Source: Thermoanaerobaculia bacterium
Lineage (GTDB): Bacteria; Acidobacteriota; Thermoanaerobaculia; Gp7-AA8
Length of the DNA: 64,000 bases
Reading direction: 5' to 3'
Assembly: GCA_035546335.1 (NCBI GenBank)
Contig: DATKDP010000056.1
Location: 120,577 to 184,576, forward strand
The notes beneath the pieces are model-generated. The model saw nothing but the letters and a program-made list of their open reading frames with translations, did no database searches and was not told where the DNA came from. This document shows positions 38,085 to 47,846 of the stretch, piece after piece; positions within the stretch are counted from its first letter, which is position 1, and each line of letters begins with the position of its first letter. A program made the position numbers and the translations under genes.

Positions 38085-38280
38085 AGAGTAGAGGGCAGAT
38101 AGCAGAGGGCAGAGGGCAGATAGCAGAGGGCAGATGGCAGATGGCAGATGGCAGATGGCAGAGAGCAGATAGCAGAGAGAGGGCGTGGAAGGCGGTCGGG
38201 AGGGGGAACGCAGACGGCAGATGCGAAGCGCGCATCTTCCGTCTGCTATCTGCTATTTGCTATCTGCTCTATCCGCTCTC
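38085..38280. repeat. tandem octamer array (GGCAGATR/GCAGAGG) plus inverted partner array (CTGCTATCT) forming a large imperfect palindrome with a central 15-bp stem
   Basis: 38091-38180 (GGCAGATG x4 perfect). 38211-38245 hairpin CAGACGGCAGATGCG-aag-CGCATCTTCCGTCTG. 38246-38280 is the reverse-complement array. Confidence 0.9.
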
Positions 38281-38647
38281 AAAGAAGTCCCTGCTCTTCG
38301 AGCTCCTGACAATCGATGCAATGGCGCGTCCAGGGGACCGCTTTCAGCCGCTTTTCATTGATCACCTGGCCGCAGTTGATGCAGATGCCGAACGCGTTTT
38401 CGTCGATTCTCCTCAGCGCTTCGTCGACCAGCACGAGAATCTCGCGCTCGGCGTCAGAGAGTGAGAAGTTCAACTCCTTCGAGTAGGCGCTCGCCGCCTT
38501 GTCCGCCAGATCCTGGATGCCGTCATCCGGCTGAGCATTGCCTGCAGCCATGTCGCGAGCATAGGAATCGTTCAGCTCCGACTGCTTTCTGAGCAGGAGC
38601 TCGCGATACTGTTCGAACTGACTCGCTTTTGTCTTGGTTCTTGCCAT
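38279..38647 (-). CDS. DksA/TraR-family C4 zinc-finger protein
   Basis: CINCGQVINEKRLKAVPWTRHCIDCQ. Confidence 0.8.
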   Translation of the reverse strand: MARTKTKASQFEQYRELLLRKQSELNDSYARDMAAGNAQPDDGIQDLADKAASAYSKELNFSLSDAEREILVLVDEALRRIDENAFGICINCGQVINEKRLKAVPWTRHCIDCQELEEQGLL

Positions 38648-38662
38648 GCGCCCCGGTTCTCC

Positions 38663-39133
38663 TTACTTGTGGTAGCGAATGTTCCGCATCAGCGTACACG
38701 CCCGATAAATCTGCTCGATCAGGACCAGCCTCGCAATCTGATGCGGCAGCGTCATCGCCGAAAGGGAAAGGATCCTGTCGGCACGGCTTCGTATTGCATC
38801 ATCGAGGCCGACATCGCCGCCCATGACGAAGTGGATTCCATCCGGACTCTGCGACGAGATCCTTTCGAGCCACTTCGCGAATTTCAAAGAATCGATCGAC
38901 TCCCCCCGCTCGTCCACGACCACGGTAATGCCGCGCGCTGGGATCGCTGCAATCAGCCTTGCCGAATCGGCGCGTATGATAGCGGCATCCTTCTTTTTCT
39001 GTCTATCTTTTTCGGCTGCAACTTCAATGATCTCGATCGGAAAGAATCGCCCGATCCGCTCCCTGTACCGCTCGATCGCCGCGCCGAGCTGAGCGTCAGC
39101 ATTGGAACCGATCCAAATCAGGCGAAATTTCAT
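38663..39133 (-). CDS. rlmH: 23S rRNA (pseudouridine1915-N3)-methyltransferase
   Basis: SPOUT fold, 156 aa, MKFRLIWIG...GGDVGLD...LSLSAMTLPHQIARLVLIEQIYRA. Confidence 0.85.
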   Translation of the reverse strand: MKFRLIWIGSNADAQLGAAIERYRERIGRFFPIEIIEVAAEKDRQKKKDAAIIRADSARLIAAIPARGITVVVDERGESIDSLKFAKWLERISSQSPDGIHFVMGGDVGLDDAIRSRADRILSLSAMTLPHQIARLVLIEQIYRACTLMRNIRYHK

Positions 39134-39211
39134 CGTCGAGCCGATCCCGAAGCGCCTGAAATCAGGGTACCGATCGTCACGCTTCGACCCCCACGACCGC
39201 CGTTTTCGAGC

Positions 39212-40166
39212 TCAGCCGAGCCCGTAACGCTTTCGCTTCTCCAGCAGCGTCTTTCGGTTGATCCCCAGCAGCTCCGCTGCCCGTGTGTAGTTCCCACGCG
39301 TGCGGCGCATCACCTCCCGAATGTACCTCAGCTCCAGCTCCTCGAGGCTCCAGCGTTCTTCTGCCGCCGCGGAGACCAGCTCCGGTGCGCTGATCAGATC
39401 GAACGGCAGTGAGGCGAGCGAGATCGACGGTCCTGTCTCCAGCAGCACCGCGCGCTGAACGACGTTGCGGAGCTCGCGCAGGTTCCCGGGCCATGAATGG
39501 CTCCGCAGCAGATCGAGAGCATCCTCGGAAAAACCGCTGATCCTCCGCCCTGCCTCGCGGGCCGCCTCACGAAGAAAGAGGCGTGCGAGCTGCGGAATGT
39601 CTGCGCGGCGAGCGCGCAGCGGCGGAATCTCGACCGTGACGACGTTGAGCCGGTAAAAGAGATCCTTCCGCAGCTCACTGCCATCCGCGAGACGGGCAGG
39701 CGGAACGCTCGTCGACGCGATGACGCGGATGTCGACTTCGATCGGCCGGCTCCCGCCGATCCGGCTGATGCTCCGCTCCTGCAGGACGCGAAGTAGCTTC
39801 GCCTGGAGCGGGGAGGGAAGGGCCGTTACCTCATCGATGTAGAGTGTCCCTCCTCCCGCCAGCTCGATCCTCCCGATCTTCCGTCCATAGGCTCCGGTGA
39901 AGGCTCCCTTCTCGTGTCCGAAAAGCTCGCTCTCGAACAGATCGGGCGGGACGGCCGGACAATCGATCCGTACCAGCTGGCACTCGCTTCGCGGGCCGCA
40001 GCGGTGAATCACATCGGCCAGATGATCTTTCCCGCTGCCAGTTTCTCCCACCAGCAGAACGTTCACGTCGTGCGCGGCGATCTTCTCCACCGTCTCGACC
40101 AAAGAGCGCATCGCAGCGCTCCTCGTCGGCAGCAGCTTCCGCAAGACCGCCTGGCTACCTCTCATG
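39212..40166 (-). CDS. sigma-54 activator (AAA+ plus HTH) with no receiver or sensor domain (PspF-like)
   Basis: LLVGETGSGKDHLADVIH, GAFTGA, GNLRELRNVV, C-terminal HTH. Starts directly with the AAA+ domain. Confidence 0.8.
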
Positions 40167-40550
40167 TCTCTGCAGCTTCTCGTCCGGCAGGTACTCCCCG
40201 GTGACGTTGGGTGCGTCACCCCACAGTCTCTCCAGTCCGTAGAAACGCCGGCAATCCTCGGTAAAAATGTGGACGATGAGGTCGCCGTAGTCGAGGAGAA
40301 CCCATCGGCCGGGCGTGATACCTTCCACCAGCAGCGGTTTCACTCCGTCCAGCTCGCGCAACTTCGTTTCGATCTCCTCGGCGATCGCCTGGGTCTGGCG
40401 CTCGGTCGTTCCCGAGCAGATGACGAAGTAGTCACCGATCGACGTGAGCTTGCCGACTGAGAGGACGTCGAGAGCGATTGCCTTCTTGTCGAGCGCGGCC
40501 TCGACGGCGTGTGCCACGCGCTGCTGAGTCCGATCCATCATCATCACCAT
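40155..40550 (-). CDS. rsfS: ribosome silencing factor RsfS (Iojap)
   Basis: DYFVICSGTTERQTQAIAEEIE...WVLLDYGDLIVHIF. Confidence 0.85.
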   Translation of the reverse strand: MVMMMDRTQQRVAHAVEAALDKKAIALDVLSVGKLTSIGDYFVICSGTTERQTQAIAEEIETKLRELDGVKPLLVEGITPGRWVLLDYGDLIVHIFTEDCRRFYGLERLWGDAPNVTGEYLPDEKLQRHER

Positions 40551-40565
40551 CCAACAGACAATCGA

Positions 40566-41201
40566 TCATGCATAAAGACCGAGCCGGCGAATATAGCGTG
40601 CGACTCGGGGATGAACGAGCGTCTCGATGCTCTCCTTCGCTCCAATGCGACGTCGAATCTCGCTCGCCGAGACGGCGATGACCTCGTTCTCGGCGAATAC
40701 GATGGCGCCGGCCCCCTCCCGGCGAGCCGGCGGGAGAACGCGATCGCGGAGCTCGGGCGGCACCAGATCCGGCGAAGGATGGCGAGCGAGAACGACGAAA
40801 TTCGCCAGCTCGAGGATTCGGTCGATCGTTTTCCATCGAAGCAGCGCAGCGAGATTGTCATCGCCGATCACCCATTCGAGCGCCGTTCCGGGATTTTGCC
40901 GGCGGAGCTCCTCGAGTGTGTCGACGGAATACGACACTTCGCCTCGCTCCAGCTCCAGCGGAGACACCTCGATTCTCGGATCGTGCTCCGTGGCGAGCAC
41001 CGCCATGGCAAAGCGGTGATACGAAGAGGCCGCCGGTCGATCGTGCTTGAACGGCTGCCGGAGCGCCGGCAGCACGATGATCCGCGACCACCTCATACGG
41101 GGAAACGCATCGAGAAGCGGCAGCAAGTGACCGTTGTGGAACGGATCGAACGTTCCTCCGCAGATCGCGATCCGATCGAGTCTCGTCTCGTTCGTCATCA
41201 C
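40566..41201 (-). CDS. nadD: nicotinate-nucleotide adenylyltransferase
   Basis: IAICGGTFDPFHNGHL (H/TxGH motif). Confidence 0.85.
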   Translation of the reverse strand: MMTNETRLDRIAICGGTFDPFHNGHLLPLLDAFPRMRWSRIIVLPALRQPFKHDRPAASSYHRFAMAVLATEHDPRIEVSPLELERGEVSYSVDTLEELRRQNPGTALEWVIGDDNLAALLRWKTIDRILELANFVVLARHPSPDLVPPELRDRVLPPARREGAGAIVFAENEVIAVSASEIRRRIGAKESIETLVHPRVARYIRRLGLYA

Positions 41202-41209
41202 CGCCGGCC

Positions 41210-42235
41210 CTACGCGTCGGCAACCGGGATCTCCTCCCCCTGCGAGCGAACGGCATCGACCATCGCCGCGAGCCGGTGTACCAACTGCTGAACGCCGTCC
41301 CCGGCAACCGCCGAAATCTCATGATACTGGAAGCCGTGCTCCAGGGCGTATCTTCGAAGATCATCGGATGCTCCCGGAAATGCCGCGTCGAGCTTCGATC
41401 CGCAGATCAGGCGCGGTTTTCGCGACAGCTCTTCGGAATAGAGAGCGAGCTCACGCGCGATCATCGCGGCATCTTCCGACGTGCCGGCATGCTCGGACAG
41501 ATCGACCAGCTGCACCAGCGCTGCGCACCGCTCGACATGGCGCAGAAAACGATCCCCCAGCCCCTGCCCCTCGTGCGCACCCTCGATCAGTCCCGGGATG
41601 TCGGCGACGACGAGTGTTCGGTCTCCGTCGACATCGACGACTCCGAGATTCGGAACCAGCGTGGTGAAGGGGTAGTCGGCAATCTTCGGCCGGGCTGCGC
41701 TGATCACCGAGATCAGCGTCGACTTCCCGGCGTTCGGCAGGCCGATCAGGCCGATGTCGGCGATCAGCTTCAACTCGATGAACAGCTCGCGCTCCTCCCC
41801 CGCTTCGCCCGTTTGGGCGAACCGGGGCGCCTGCCGCGTCGCAGTCGCAAAATGCTGGTTCCCCAGTCCACCGCGACCACCCTTCACCACCTGAACCGTG
41901 TCGCCGTCTTTCATCAGCTCGGCGACCAGCTCGCCGCTTTGTTTGTCGCGAACGACCGAGCCGATCGGAAGCTCGATCGTGACGTCCGCGCCCGCCGCTC
42001 CGGAACAGTTCGACCCCATGCCGTGCTGCCCGCGCCCCCCTTTCCACTCCCTGCGGAACTGAAGGTGATAGAGCGTGTTGAGCCGCTGCGACGCTCGAAC
42101 GAAAATCGAACCTCCAGCCCCACCATCACCTCCGGAAGGCCCACCTCGCGGAACGAATTTCTCGCGACGGAATGCCACGCATCCATTCCCGCCGTCGCCT
42201 GCCTTGACTCGAATCGAAGCCTGGTCGATGAACAT
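41210..42235 (-). CDS. obg: GTPase Obg/CgtA
   Basis: MFIDQASIRVKAGDGGNGCVAFRREKFVPRGGPSGGDGG..., GLPNAGKST G1 motif. Confidence 0.9.
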   Translation of the reverse strand: MFIDQASIRVKAGDGGNGCVAFRREKFVPRGGPSGGDGGAGGSIFVRASQRLNTLYHLQFRREWKGGRGQHGMGSNCSGAAGADVTIELPIGSVVRDKQSGELVAELMKDGDTVQVVKGGRGGLGNQHFATATRQAPRFAQTGEAGEERELFIELKLIADIGLIGLPNAGKSTLISVISAARPKIADYPFTTLVPNLGVVDVDGDRTLVVADIPGLIEGAHEGQGLGDRFLRHVERCAALVQLVDLSEHAGTSEDAAMIARELALYSEELSRKPRLICGSKLDAAFPGASDDLRRYALEHGFQYHEISAVAGDGVQQLVHRLAAMVDAVRSQGEEIPVADA

Positions 42236-42440
42236 CGATCTCCATCAGTCGCCCTTCCGGGCGGCCGAATCCTCACTCCTTACAAGAAACCTACCCGAAA
42301 AACAAAACCCGGAGCCATCCTGAGCGAAAAGAACGAGCGCTCCGCGCCGGTTGAAGAGGGAATGACATCGCAAACCGTGCAGTGTCATCAGACGCGAGGA
42401 GGCGCGGGTGGGCGTGAGCGAAGGATGACGCGGAGGATGA

Positions 42441-42704
42441 CTACGCGATCTCGGCCGCAACGACGCTGATGAATCGGCCCTGACGGCCCCGGTCGCGGAA
42501 CTGCACCACGCCATCGACCTTCGCGAAGAGCGTGTGATCACGGCCCATGCCGACGTTGACTCCGGGATAGAAACGTGTGCCACGCTGGCGGACGAGAATC
42601 GATCCCCCCGTCACGAACTGACCGGCGAATCGCTTCACCCCGAGCATTTTCGGCTGCGAGTCGCGCCCGTTGCGCGACGAGCCTTGTCCTTTTTTGTGAG
42701 CCAT
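42441..42704 (-). CDS. rpmA: 50S ribosomal protein L27
   Basis: [31 protein letters not shown]. Confidence 0.9.
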   Translation of the reverse strand: MAHKKGQGSSRNGRDSQPKMLGVKRFAGQFVTGGSILVRQRGTRFYPGVNVGMGRDHTLFAKVDGVVQFRDRGRQGRFISVVAAEIA

Positions 42705-42717
42705 GGGGCACTCCTCC

Positions 42718-43032
42718 CTAACCCTGAATGCTGTCGACGCGCAGCTCCACCAGATCCTGCCGGTGTCCATGCTTGCGCTTGTACTGCTTCCGGCGCTTCT
42801 TCTTGAAGACGATCACCTTGTCCCCGCGCGTCTCGCGCACGATCGTCGCGCTGACCGAAGCACCCTCGACGAAGGGGGCGCCGACCTTCGGCGAATCGCC
42901 GCCGATCAGAAGCACCTCGCCGAAACGGACGCTGTCGTTCTCCGCCGAGCCGAGAACTTCCCGCTCGACGAAAACCCGGTCGCCCTCGGCGACACGATAC
43001 TGCTTTCCACCCGTACGAATGATCGCGTACAC
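42718..43032 (-). CDS. rplU: 50S ribosomal protein L21
   Basis: GTG start after a [32 protein letters not shown]. Confidence 0.9.
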   Translation of the reverse strand: MYAIIRTGGKQYRVAEGDRVFVEREVLGSAENDSVRFGEVLLIGGDSPKVGAPFVEGASVSATIVRETRGDKVIVFKKKRRKQYKRKHGHRQDLVELRVDSIQG

Positions 43033-43058
43033 ACGAACCTCCAGAAATCGAGCCCCGC

Positions 43059-43088
43059 GTTGTAGCACACCCCTCCCGTCCGGTCAAT
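43059..43088 (-). promoter_or_regulatory. candidate sigma-70 promoter for the rplU operon (-35 TTGACC, 17-nt spacer, -10 TACAAC)
   Basis: Reverse complement of 43059-43088 reads TTGACCggacgggaggggtgtgcTACAAC. It lies about 27 nt upstream of the rplU GTG. Confidence 0.4.
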
Positions 43089-43137
43089 GCGAAGCAGGCT
43101 CGTTAACCCGCGGCCCAAAGGGTCTATTCCGGTCCCC

Positions 43138-44688
43138 TCAGAGCGGTATATTGCCGTGTTTCTTCGGAGGATTCCGATCGCGCTTGTTGCGCAGCATGGC
43201 AAAGGCGGTGATCAGCTTTCTGCGTGTGAAGCGAGGCTCGATGATCTCGTCGATGTATCCCCGCTCGGCGGCGATGAAGGGATTGGCGAACTTCTCCGTA
43301 TATTCGGCGATCTTTTCCGCACGCGCCGCCGATGGATCCGCCTCACTCTCGATCTCCCGGCGATAGAGGACGTTCACCGCCCCTTCCGCCCCCATGACCG
43401 CGATCTCCGCCGTCGGGTAGGCGAAGTTCACGTCGGCTCGGATGTGCTTCGAGTTCATCACGCAATAGGCTCCGCCGTACGCTTTCCGCGTGATCAGCGT
43501 GACCTTCGGAACCGTGGCTTCCGCCAGGGCATAGAGCAGCTTCGCTCCGTGAACGATGATCCCGCCATGTTCCTGGTCCATCCCCGGAAGGAACCCGGGG
43601 ACGTCCTCGAGCACGAGCAGCGGAATGTTGAAGGCATCACAGAAACGAACGAAGCGCGCTCCCTTGCGCGAAGCATCGATGTCGAGGACGCCGGCGAGGA
43701 ACGACGGCTGATTCGCAACGATACCAATCGGTGCCCCGTCGAGCCGGATGAAGCCGACGACGAGATTGCGGGCGAAATGCTCGTGCACCTCGAGAAAATG
43801 GCCACGATCGGCGATGGTTCGCACCAGATCGCGGATCTCGTAGGGCTGATTCGCACTGTCGGGAACGAACGTGTCGAGTGCCGGATCGATCCGATCGATG
43901 TCGTCCGTCGATGCGATCCGCGGTGGATCGTCGAGATTGTTCGATGGCATGAAGGATAGGAGCTCCCGAATCGTCGCCAGACAGTCTTCGTCCGACTCTG
44001 CGGCGAAGTGCGCGACTCCCGACACCTGGTTGTGCGTCTCGGCTCCGCCCAGCGCCTCCTTGGTCACCTCTTCGTGCGTGACCGTTCGAATCACGTCGGG
44101 TCCGGTCACGAACATGTAGCTCGTCTTCCTGACCATCAGAATGAAGTCGGTGATCGCCGGCGAGTAGACCGCGCCGCCGGCACAGGGCCCCATGATCGCG
44201 GAGATCTGTGGAATCACCCCCGAGGCGAGCGTATTGCGAAGAAAGATGTCGGCGTATCCTCCGAGCGAGACCACGCCTTCCTGAATGCGTGCACCACCCG
44301 AATCGTTGAGACCGACGATCGGCGCTCCATTCTTCAGTGCGAGGTCCATGATCTTGACGATCTTGGCTGCATGCGTCTCGCTGAGTGAGCCGCCGAAGAC
44401 GGTGAAATCCTGCGCGAAGGCGTAGACGAGGCGACCCTCGATCGTCCCGTAGCCGGCGATCACGCCATCACCCGGGATCTTCTGCTGGTCCAATCCGAAG
44501 TCGCGCGAGCGGTGAACCACCAGCTGGTCGAGCTCCTGGAACGAGCCGTCGTCGAACAGCAGGGAGATCCGCTCGCGAGCAGTCAGCTTCCCTTCGGAGT
44601 GCTGCCGTTCGATTCTCGGCTCGCCGCCTCCCAGCTCGGAAGCCCTTCGGCGACGCTCGAGCTCCTCCATCTTCTGCTCGATCGACAA
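43138..44688 (-). CDS. pccB: acyl-CoA carboxylase carboxyltransferase subunit (propionyl-CoA carboxylase beta chain family)
   Basis: [41 protein letters not shown]... with both CT subdomains. Confidence 0.9.
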   Translation of the reverse strand: MSIEQKMEELERRRRASELGGGEPRIERQHSEGKLTARERISLLFDDGSFQELDQLVVHRSRDFGLDQQKIPGDGVIAGYGTIEGRLVYAFAQDFTVFGGSLSETHAAKIVKIMDLALKNGAPIVGLNDSGGARIQEGVVSLGGYADIFLRNTLASGVIPQISAIMGPCAGGAVYSPAITDFILMVRKTSYMFVTGPDVIRTVTHEEVTKEALGGAETHNQVSGVAHFAAESDEDCLATIRELLSFMPSNNLDDPPRIASTDDIDRIDPALDTFVPDSANQPYEIRDLVRTIADRGHFLEVHEHFARNLVVGFIRLDGAPIGIVANQPSFLAGVLDIDASRKGARFVRFCDAFNIPLLVLEDVPGFLPGMDQEHGGIIVHGAKLLYALAEATVPKVTLITRKAYGGAYCVMNSKHIRADVNFAYPTAEIAVMGAEGAVNVLYRREIESEADPSAARAEKIAEYTEKFANPFIAAERGYIDEIIEPRFTRRKLITAFAMLRNKRDRNPPKKHGNIPL

Positions 44689-44704
44689 CCCTTTGCTCTC
44701 CCCA

Positions 44705-44968
44705 TCACAACGTGAAATTACGCTCCGCCGCCAGGCGTCGCACTTCGGCGTCGAGCTCTTCGTTCGAGGGCTCGCGCTCCCCGACCGTCCTTGCGAGCCG
44801 CTGCTTCGCCTCCTGCACGATCGCTTCGAGGGCTCGATCGTCCTCGGCGAGGATCTGCATCACGATCTCGATCCCCCGCTCCGCGTCCCCGAACTCGACC
44901 AGACCGCGATCCTCGAGCCGATTCACGATCGCCCGTGCGAGATACTCGATCTGCTTGCTGGTCATCAT
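44705..44968 (-). CDS. small conserved hypothetical protein (DUF507-like), immediately upstream of pccB
   Basis: [26 protein letters not shown]... 87 aa. Family name is from recall. Confidence 0.5.
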   Translation of the reverse strand: MMTSKQIEYLARAIVNRLEDRGLVEFGDAERGIEIVMQILAEDDRALEAIVQEAKQRLARTVGEREPSNEELDAEVRRLAAERNFTL

Positions 44969-45152
44969 GCGAGGCCAGCCGGATTCTGGCAGCGCACGGC
45001 TCGAGTGGCAAGAGTTTATCCGGCACCGCTGCTCGGTGGCCCGGCGGGCGGGCCGCGTCCGCTCCCGATGGAATACCGGAATGCAGCCCGCCGTTGAACG
45101 CACGGCTTACGAGCAACGTCCCATCGAGCATGGGAGGAGTGGAGAGCGACCA

Positions 45153-45311
45153 ATGCCTGAACAGAGAATCAAAGACGTGCTGAAAAAGCACAATCTCGAC
45201 GTCGACGACGTTCGCGACCGGAAGACCACGCTGCACCACCTTCGCCACATCGTCCGGACCGAGAACCTCCCGTTCGACGTGTTCCAGACCCTCGTTCGAC
45301 TTCGCCGGTAA
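45153..45311 (+). CDS. possible small ORF (52 aa)
   Basis: GGAGAG RBS. MPEQRIKDVLKKHNLDVDDVRDRKTTLHHLRHIVRTENLPFDVFQTLVRLRR. Confidence 0.25.
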   Translation: MPEQRIKDVLKKHNLDVDDVRDRKTTLHHLRHIVRTENLPFDVFQTLVRLRR

Positions 45312-45396
45312 CGACATCGTGAGGTGGATCTGCGGCCGGATCGCGGGAAGCCTCGCGGTCCGGCTTTTGTTTTTTCACCGACCGGAGGTGACTCAT

Positions 45397-47477
45397 TGGA
45401 TCTGCTGGAAGAGGCCGGGCCGCTGATCGACGAGCGGCGATTCGATCAGATCGAAGCCCTCTGGATGTCGAAGCTCGAAGCGGGCCTGTCACCTGATGTC
45501 GATATCGCTGCGTTCCTCGAGCTGGCAAGGCTGCTCCGCCGCTCCGACGAGCGGACGCGCGCCGATGCGCTGCTCGGTCTCCTCGCCGATTCCCTCCAGG
45601 AGGCGGACGCCTGGCCGCAGCGGCTGAAGCTGCTCAAGGAGCTCGCGCGCCTGGCGAAGAACCCTGCAAACCTCCGGAAGGAGATCGAAGAGGCGGTCGG
45701 CAAGGCCTGGGGCTCACGTCCCAGCTTCCGCCGTGTCGCGGCGCAGGTAGGTCTCGGCCAGCCGGCGGGGAATCCGCTGGAGAAGGCCGAGAAAATCGAG
45801 AGCTGGCTCCTGTTCGATCAAGGCGAGATCTTCTTCATGCCCGGAAGGGGCGCCGGAGTCGTCGTCGAGCTGAATCCGGACCTCGGAATCTGCCGGCTCG
45901 ATTTCGAGAAGGAAAAGCGGGTATCGATCCCGCTCGGAGCGGCTCCGAAGTTTCTCACTCCGCTGCCTCCGGGACATCTCCTTCGCGACAAGATCGAGAA
46001 TCCCGAAGCGCTGCAAAAGAGAGCGGTGAGCGATCCGGCGGGAACCTTCGCGCAACTGCTGCAGAGCTTCGGCAGGGCGATGACCGTCTCGGAAGTGAAA
46101 GACGCGGTGCTCGGCATCGTTCCCGAAACGCGCTGGTCGAGCTGGTGGACGGCTGCCCGAAAAAATCCGCAGATCGTCACCTTCGGCAGCGGCGCTAAAG
46201 CGACCTACGGCTGGAACGACTCCAGCGAGCAGGCCGAGCTGAGCATCCGGAGAGATTTCGCCCAGGCCTCGCCGCGGGCAATGATCGAGATCGCCAGGAA
46301 GCATGGCTCACGAAGTCCGCAGCTCACCCGGCATTTCGCCGCATCCCTCTCGAAGGAAGCCGAACGCCTGGCGCGCTCGGAGCCTTCGCTCGCCTGGGAG
46401 ATCATCGCTCTGATCGAGCGTCTTCCCGTCGAAGTCCCTCCTCCCTTCGATCCGGCCTCGCTCATCGCCGGCTCCGGAGCCGCGCGCATCGTGGCCGGAA
46501 TCTCCGATCGCGCGCTCCGGGAACGTGCCCTCGACGTCATTCAGAACAGCCAGGCCGAGTGGACCAAGATCTTCGGCGAGCTTTTCTTCATGGAGGAGGA
46601 TCCGCGCATTCTGTCGCAGATCGTCTCCCGGCTCGAAAGCGGAGGAGCGGCCGAGATCCGGGACCGGCTCATCGATGAGACTCTCCGTTACCCGCGACGC
46701 CATCCACGAGCGTTCTACTGGTATTGCAAAATGATCAGCGAAGCCGAGCCTCTGCCCGAGCGCGCGAGCTACGCGCTGCTCTGGCAGATGGTCGAGGCGA
46801 CCGGATCCGACGAATTCGGCGCACTGAAGCCGCGATTCCGCGAGCTCTTCGATCGCGGGGGGCTCGGCATCCGAATCATCATGAACAGCGACAATGAAGA
46901 GCAGGCTCGCAAGCTCGTCGAGACGATCGAGCGCTACGGAAGTATCGAAGAGTACCGGCGCGAGACGATGAAAGCGGCGGCTCACATGAAATACCCGCAG
47001 CTGCGCGAGCCGCAGGCCGAGCCGGTGTATGCCACGGCGGAAGCCTTCGCGGCGAAGCGTGAAGAGCTCGAGCACCTCCGCAAGGTCGAGATTCCGGCGA
47101 ACTCGAAGGCGCTGCAAACGGCTCGCGAGATGGGAGACCTGCGCGAGAACTTCGAGTACAAGGCGGCGCGCCAGCGGGCGGAGTATCTCTCGGCGCGCGT
47201 CGGCGAGCTCCAGTCCGAGCTCTCACGCGTTCGCCTGCTCGACCCGAACGAGATCGACACTTCGGTGATCAGAATCGGAACGCGCGCCTCACTCCGCAAC
47301 GGCGACATCCAGCGCGACGTCACGATCCTCGGGCCGTGGGAGTCGGATCCCGAGCATGGCGTCTACTCCAATCAGTCGGAAGTCGCCAGGGCGCTTCTCG
47401 GCAGGAGCGCAGGCGAGATCGTCAGTTTCATGGGAAACGACTATCAGATCGAGTCCATCTCGCGTTGGAAGTCGTGA
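45397..47477 (+). CDS. GreA/GreB-domain fusion protein (about 540-aa unknown N-terminal region plus C-terminal Gre coiled-coil/FKBP-like domain)
   Basis: C-terminus REMGDLRENFEYKAARQRAEYLSARVGELQSELSRVRLLDP...VTILGPWESDPEHGVYSNQSEVARALLGRSAGEIVSF matches the Gre factor signature. TTG start after a GGAGGTG RBS is proposed; the ATG at 45324 is the alternative. Confidence 0.6.
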
Positions 47478-47490
47478 CCGCGGAGCGCAC

Positions 47491-47754
47491 TCACTGATTC
47501 TTGTACCAGTCGGCGTTGATCTGCGTGAAGTGCTGCCACTTCTCCGGCACCAGATCCTCAGGAAAGATCGCCTGAACCGGGCACGCCGGCTCGCAGGCGC
47601 CGCAGTCGATGCAGACTTCCGGATCGATGTAGAGCATCTCCGCGGCGGCGAAGGCATCTTCGTCCTTCCGAGGATGGATGCAGTCGACCGGACAGACGTC
47701 GACGCACGCTGTGTCCTTCGTACCGATACACGGCTCTGCAATCACATAAGTCAT
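47491..47754 (-). CDS. 7Fe ferredoxin (FdxA-type)
   Basis: MTYVIAEPCIGTKDTACVDVCPVDCIH...CIDCGACEPACP. Confidence 0.85.
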   Translation of the reverse strand: MTYVIAEPCIGTKDTACVDVCPVDCIHPRKDEDAFAAAEMLYIDPEVCIDCGACEPACPVQAIFPEDLVPEKWQHFTQINADWYKNQ

Positions 47755-47846
47755 TCCTTTTCCTCCGAGGGCCCGCACTACGCGAGAGGGCTCCTGGCTC
47801 CTATTTTAGCCGGATCATCCACTGATCCGTACTCCTTCGATGCATC

